From NCBI GenBank assembly GCA_963724765.1, contig CAVRVY010000004.1:1024001-1088000 (forward strand): a DNA stretch of 64,000 nucleotides, written 5' to 3'. Of the stretch, positions 60,547 through 64,000 are shown one piece after another (positions within the stretch are counted from its first letter, which is position 1; each line of letters starts with the position of its first letter). A program made the translations under genes and the position numbers. This DNA comes from an uncultured delta proteobacterium (GTDB lineage Bacteria; Desulfobacterota; Binatia; Binatales; Binataceae). The notes under the pieces were generated by a model, which was given only the letters and a program-made list of their open reading frames with translations, made no database searches and was not told where the DNA came from.

Positions 60547-61629
60547 TCAGCGAAACGCCGGCATCACCAGTTCGGCGAAATCGCGATATACCTCGCGCTG
60601 AAAATCCGCCGGCGGCTCGATCACCGTCTCCTTGATACCGCCCGCCTCCATCGCGCGGAGCTGCGCGACCAGATCGTCGGGCTCGCCGACCAGGCAAGTG
60701 CCGCGAATCGCCTCGGGCGTGACGAAGCGCCGCTCTTCGGGCTGCATGAAAGTGCCGTGACCTTCGTGAATCTGCCGGAAGCGCGCGCGCTCAGGCAGGC
60801 TGTAGGCGTCGACGCGCCGCAGGTAGTCGTCCCACACGTTGCGGAAAAAGGACGGAATCGCCTCGTCTGAGCGGTCGCGCGATTTCCAATTCTCGTAAGC
60901 GAAGTGGAGCGCGCTCGTGACCTGCGCGCCAGTCTGGTTGATCACGCGCGCCGAGGTCAGGCGCTCGCCCGGACGCAGCACGCACGAACTGCTGAGCGCG
61001 GCGGTATGGAAATCCGGTCCCAGCGTGCGCCCGGCGCGCTCGGCGCCGGCGCGAATTCGCGCGAGCCGGCCGCCGACCCGCGCATTGATGCCGCCTGCGG
61101 TCACCCAGCCGTCGCCGAATTCACCGGCGGCCTCGCATATCCGGGGCCCATTGGCGGCAACGTAAATCGGAATTGGATCGTCGAGATTGATGAAGCGGCG
61201 GTCGCGATGAAGAAATTTGATCTCGCGCGTGCGGCCGCGAAAGGTGTACTCGACCGCCTCGCCATGCAGCAGCGCGCGCACCACCTTTAGGTACTCACGG
61301 AACTCGGCAACCGGCATCGGGCTCTGCCCCATCACCCGCATCGCGGTGTGGCCGGTGCCGATGCCGAGGAACGTTCGCCCCGGCGCGATCCGATTGATGC
61401 TCGCGATGGAGTGCGCGGTGACCGGGGCCAGGCGGGTGCCGGCGATCGCCACCCCCGTTCCAATCTTGATCCGTCGCGTGTTGGCTGCCGCCAGCGCGAG
61501 CGTCGCGTAGCAATCAGACCAGATCATCTGTGAATCCGGAACCCATGCCCGGTCGTAACCCAGATCCTCGGCGTAGCGGACGAGGTCCCATTTGCTGACG
61601 TGCGTGTCGATACCGATTCCGAATTCCAT
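60547..61629 (-). CDS. LLM-class oxidoreductase (Mer-like)
   Basis: AEDLGYDRAWVPDSQ, IKIGTGV, GRTFLGIGTG, IPIYVAANGP, DGW. Confidence 0.88.
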   Translation of the reverse strand: MEFGIGIDTHVSKWDLVRYAEDLGYDRAWVPDSQMIWSDCYATLALAAANTRRIKIGTGVAIAGTRLAPVTAHSIASINRIAPGRTFLGIGTGHTAMRVMGQSPMPVAEFREYLKVVRALLHGEAVEYTFRGRTREIKFLHRDRRFINLDDPIPIYVAANGPRICEAAGEFGDGWVTAGGINARVGGRLARIRAGAERAGRTLGPDFHTAALSSSCVLRPGERLTSARVINQTGAQVTSALHFAYENWKSRDRSDEAIPSFFRNVWDDYLRRVDAYSLPERARFRQIHEGHGTFMQPEERRFVTPEAIRGTCLVGEPDDLVAQLRAMEAGGIKETVIEPPADFQREVYRDFAELVMPAFR

Positions 61630-61928
61630 CGGAATTTCCCCCCCGCTGCGCTGTCCGGGGCGAGCCGGGCCATCCGGGATGCGTGTGAGACATACATAGC
61701 GCATCTGAAGGCAAAAGACCCATAAAATTTGGGAATAATTGCCGAAATTTGTGCCAAGGACGCAACTTAGGATGCTTTAAAACAATTCGTTCCCATTAAA
61801 GATGTCCGAAGAAGAGGCTTAAAGTCAAAAAACGATTAATTGGGTATAATGAAATTTGAAGTCTAGTAGGGTATTGTTTGGGCGTGGCTCTACCAGGCCA
61901 CTCTGGGGTTACTTTAAGGAGGCTGACA

Positions 61929-62120
61929 ATGGAATTAGTTACGCGCCTATATCTTAGGCTCCGCGAAGCGGCCTCCGGAGCCCATCGCGGCCAGACCTAT
62001 AGCGAATATGCCCTCATTTTCGTTTGTATAGTCGTTGCGCTGGTTGGCGGCTATCAACTCATCGGCAACAGCCTCGGGAACTCGGTAACCGGAATCGCTA
62101 ACCAGGTGGGTAACGCCTGA
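61929..62120 (+). CDS. flp: Flp/Tad type IVb pilin
   Basis: AAGGAGG RBS; RG/QTYSEYALI prepilin motif followed by a hydrophobic stretch; 63 aa. Confidence 0.85.
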   Translation: MELVTRLYLRLREAASGAHRGQTYSEYALIFVCIVVALVGGYQLIGNSLGNSVTGIANQVGNA

Positions 62121-62813
62121 GAATTCGCTGCAGGCGCGTGCGACGTGCGCGTCCAGCTAGAGAGCTAGGCCTTTTGGCGAGCCGCAGCGTACCGTGTGCG
62201 TTGACGGCTCGCGTCGTCTGGTCAGAACTTCCAGAGATCACTCGCGGCGATAGGCACACATCAACGGCAGCAGACTTTGTGTGCGATCCACCCTGTGGTA
62301 GCTTGGCGCCCGGCTGCTATGGCGCGGCAAGAGGCGCCGGCAACAGCGCGAACGCTGCCTGGCCGTCAGTTCCACAAGACGTGAGTGCCGCTAAGGACGC
62401 GCTAGAGTCGTATCGCTGTTGCGAGCGCAACTGCCCGGGGAAGAAGCAAGCGTCGAAGCGGCTTCGACCCCGCAGCGAGGTGAGGCGTGGTGGGGCGATC
62501 GAATGTGACACAGCGGCCGACTGCTGCAACTGATTTTGGTCACGCCGCGGAGCGACCCGGACTTCTAACGCCAGAGGCGGGCGTTACACCGCGGGCCTGC
62601 GACCTGCGCTCCCTCGCCGCACTGATTCTCTATCTGGCACTTTCATGTCTTTTCTTTGGCCGTTCGCTTTTCGGAAATTTGAGAACCTTGCATATCGGGG
62701 CCGGACCGGATCCAGGTCTCATGATGTGGTTTCTTGTGTGGTGGCCGCATGCGGTCATTAACGGCATCAATCCATTTTTCTCCCGTGCAATCTTCGCCCC
62801 AACCGGCTTCGAC

Positions 62814-63881
62814 CTAGTGTTCAGTACCGTAAATAAGTTGAGCATTGTGGATGCTGCGTTTGATTTGAGCGGCGGTTTTGATCCAGCGGAAGGGCTTGGC
62901 ATTGTCGTTCCAGTGGGCGAGGTAGCCTGTGATCGCCCGCTCCAGACACCTAACGCTGTCGAAGCCGCCGCGGCGGATGGCCTGGCTGGTAATCAGAGCG
63001 AACCAACGTTCGACCAGGTTGAGCCACGAGGCACTGGTCGGGGTGAAGTGCAGATGGCACAGGGGATGCGCGGCGAGCCACGCCTGCACCGCGGGATGTT
63101 TGTGGGTGCCGTAGTTGTCGCAGATCAGATGTAACTCGAGCTTCGGATAGCGCTTGGCCAGAGACTCCAGAAAGGCGATGAACTCGACGTGGGTGTGGCG
63201 CTTGAAGCAGCGACCATGGACCTTGCCGCTGGCCACCTCCAGCGCGGCGAACAAGCTGGTGGTGCCGTGGCGGGTATAATCATGGGTCATGCGAGCCGGC
63301 AGCCCGGGCCACATTCGCAGCGCCGGTTGCGTGCGATTAAGCGCCTGAATCTGCGACTTTTCATCCACGCACAGCACCAGCGCCCGCTCGGGAGGATCCA
63401 GATAGAGTCCGACGATGTCGGCCAGCTTGGCGTCGAACTCGGGGTCGGTGCTGAACTTGAAACTCTCCAGACGATGCGGCTGCAGCCCGTACTTCTGCCA
63501 AATCCGGTGCACGGTCATGAAGCTGAGGCCGACCTCCTTGGCCAGCCGCCGCGCGCTCCAGTGGGTGGCGTGCTTGGGCGGCCGCATGGTCGCGGCTACC
63601 ACCGCCAGTTCCTTGCGCCGGCTGATCCGGCGCGGCCGTCCGCTGCGGTGTCGGCTCTTGAGCCCGGCGAGCCCCTCGCCCTGATAGCGCCGCCGCCACA
63701 GACATACCGTGCGCTGGGTCACCCCCAGCCGCTCGGCGATCGCGCGCAGCGAATCTCCCTCCGCGCTCAGCATCACTACCCGCGCGCGCATGCCCAGCGA
63801 TTGCGGCAGTCGCTGCGACGGCAACCACGTCGCCAGTTCCGCCCGATCCGCCTCGCTCACCTCAAACCCTGCCATCTTCAT
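62814..63881 (-). CDS. IS630 transposase
   Basis: HTH, then the DDE triad: VDEKSQIQAL, CDNYGTHK, SWLNLVERWF. The TAG stop uses the target TA. Confidence 0.95.
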   Translation of the reverse strand: MKMAGFEVSEADRAELATWLPSQRLPQSLGMRARVVMLSAEGDSLRAIAERLGVTQRTVCLWRRRYQGEGLAGLKSRHRSGRPRRISRRKELAVVAATMRPPKHATHWSARRLAKEVGLSFMTVHRIWQKYGLQPHRLESFKFSTDPEFDAKLADIVGLYLDPPERALVLCVDEKSQIQALNRTQPALRMWPGLPARMTHDYTRHGTTSLFAALEVASGKVHGRCFKRHTHVEFIAFLESLAKRYPKLELHLICDNYGTHKHPAVQAWLAAHPLCHLHFTPTSASWLNLVERWFALITSQAIRRGGFDSVRCLERAITGYLAHWNDNAKPFRWIKTAAQIKRSIHNAQLIYGTEH

Positions 63882-63928
63882 ACATATTTAGACGGCGATA
63901 TCCCATACTTAATTCAGTTACTGAACAC
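62817..63928 (-). mobile_element. IS630-family insertion sequence (1112 bp)
   Basis: Terminal inverted repeats gtgttcagtaccgtaaataagt and gtgttcagtaactgaattaagt. TA is duplicated at 62815-62816 and 63929-63930 within CTAG. Confidence 0.95.
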
Positions 63929-64000
63929 TAGCGTGGCAAACCAGCATTCCCTTGGCCAGCGCGATCGCCAGTCCGCTCACGCTGACCGTCGGCCCGGTTG

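Larger units (their letters stand above)
62487..64000 (+). pseudogene. Multi-TM glycosyltransferase-like (GT-C-type) gene interrupted by IS630; continues past the window
   Basis: Removing the IS plus one TA restores the frame: GPDPGLMMWFLVWWPHA..NPFFSRAIFAPTGFDL/AWQTSIPLASAIASPLTLTVGPV. Confidence 0.75.

Noticed and set aside
61742-61758. Sigma54 promoter on the minus strand (TTGGCAC...)
   Set aside because: The -12 GC is misplaced by one base and TTGC is absent.
62487-63134. 215-aa ORF as a real protein
   Set aside because: Chimera of the interrupted gene's N-terminus reading into the antisense strand of IS630.

Overview
GC-rich bacterial chromosomal segment. The gene content (many amidohydrolases, luciferase-like monooxygenases, family III CoA-transferases, DUF1329) suggests a soil Candidatus Binatota/Deltaproteobacteria-like organism; this is inference only. 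About 1-12.4 kb is housekeeping: tkt, pgl, typA, an AsmA-like gene, cutA, hisC and pth. The remainder is a long catabolic region with three aromatic ring-opening chemistries: a BphC-like extradiol dioxygenase, a two-subunit 2-aminophenol 1,6-dioxygenase (amnBA), and boxCB without boxA. It also carries an RND pump, several lipoproteins, an orphan Flp pilin, and an intact IS630 inserted at a CTAG/TA site in a membrane glycosyltransferase-like gene. The best candidate for an undescribed system is the amnB-amnA-AHL-lactonase-type metallo-hydrolase operon, which could be a compact benzoxazolinone to 2-aminophenol to ring-cleavage module. The second is an SDR-crotonase-diiron ferritin-like-TetR unit with its own palindromic operator. 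Other observations are an in-frame TGA in a CoA-transferase, two decayed gene remnants, an unannotated 41-aa membrane peptide, a Tyr/Gly/Ser/Pro low-complexity lipoprotein, and tandem long near-perfect hairpins. No rRNA, tRNA or CRISPR array was seen. All family calls come from motif recognition by eye; no searches were run.
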